Part shown: positions 63,604-64,000 of the stretch, one piece after another
Layout of the letters: each line of letters starts with the position of its first letter
Numbering within the stretch: the stretch's first letter is position 1
Assembly (NCBI RefSeq): GCF_006345805.1
Contig: NC_042997.1
Location: 187,984,001-188,048,000, forward strand
DNA length: 64,000 bases
Reading direction: 5' to 3'
From: Octopus sinensis
Lineage: Eukaryota
The notes under the pieces: generated by a model
Told to the model about the DNA's origin: nothing
Database searches by the model: none
What the model saw: the letters and a program-made list of their open reading frames with translations, nothing else
Program-made: the position numbers and the translations under genes

Positions 63604-64000
63604 TCTGTCATACTTTAGACTCTTGAAACCTGGCATAAACCTATCTCACTTTGTCTTGTGAGTTACCTGGTGACCATTCTAGTGCTGGTGCCAAGGAAAA
63701 AGTACCCAGTACACTCTATAAAGTGACTGGCATTGGGAAGAGCATTTAGCTGTTGAAACCTTACCAAAACAGGTATTGGAGCTCAATGCAATCCTCCAAC
63801 TTATTGGATCTTCTCAAAATGTCCAACTCATACCAGCATGGACACTGGACATTAAATGATGATGATGTTGATGCTCATACAGAGAGTACATTTTTTTGTG
63901 GCACTACCACTAGTGAGGTCCCAAAATAACTTGCCAGACAAAGGAAAAGCCCCCTCAACCAAGTGGGATTTGTAGTACAGATGAAGGTGGTTTTATACGA

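Overview
Repeat-dense animal genomic DNA. The SINE, LINE and MITE families look like those of an octopod cephalopod, probably Octopus; this comes from recalled repeat families, not a database search. Most of the window is decayed transposons: RTE and BovB-like LINEs, Tx1/L1-clade LINEs, CR1/L2 and Penelope-like remnants, Tc1/mariner and hAT elements, four non-autonomous Helitrons, a solo LTR, many tRNA-derived SINEs and large (GATG/GATA)n fields. Nearly all ORFs in the supplied track are repeat artefacts. One host gene can be assembled by hand on the minus strand from seven phase-compatible exons (41329 to 36447, about 354 aa from the first ATG); I cannot name it. A CLEAR/E-box promoter-like region sits near 43300, and a second promoter/first-exon candidate with a CRE sits near 25500-25650. 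The most striking structure is a perfect 232-bp inverted duplication containing one coding exon of that gene, placed just downstream of the stop codon, so a long 3' UTR would pair with the gene's own exon. Other notable items: a minimal hammerhead-ribozyme fold in a Penelope terminal repeat, a twin-priming-style inverted RTE nested in a Tx1 element, and a 1-kb array of 12 AG|GTAA motifs inside a pyrimidine-rich microsatellite.
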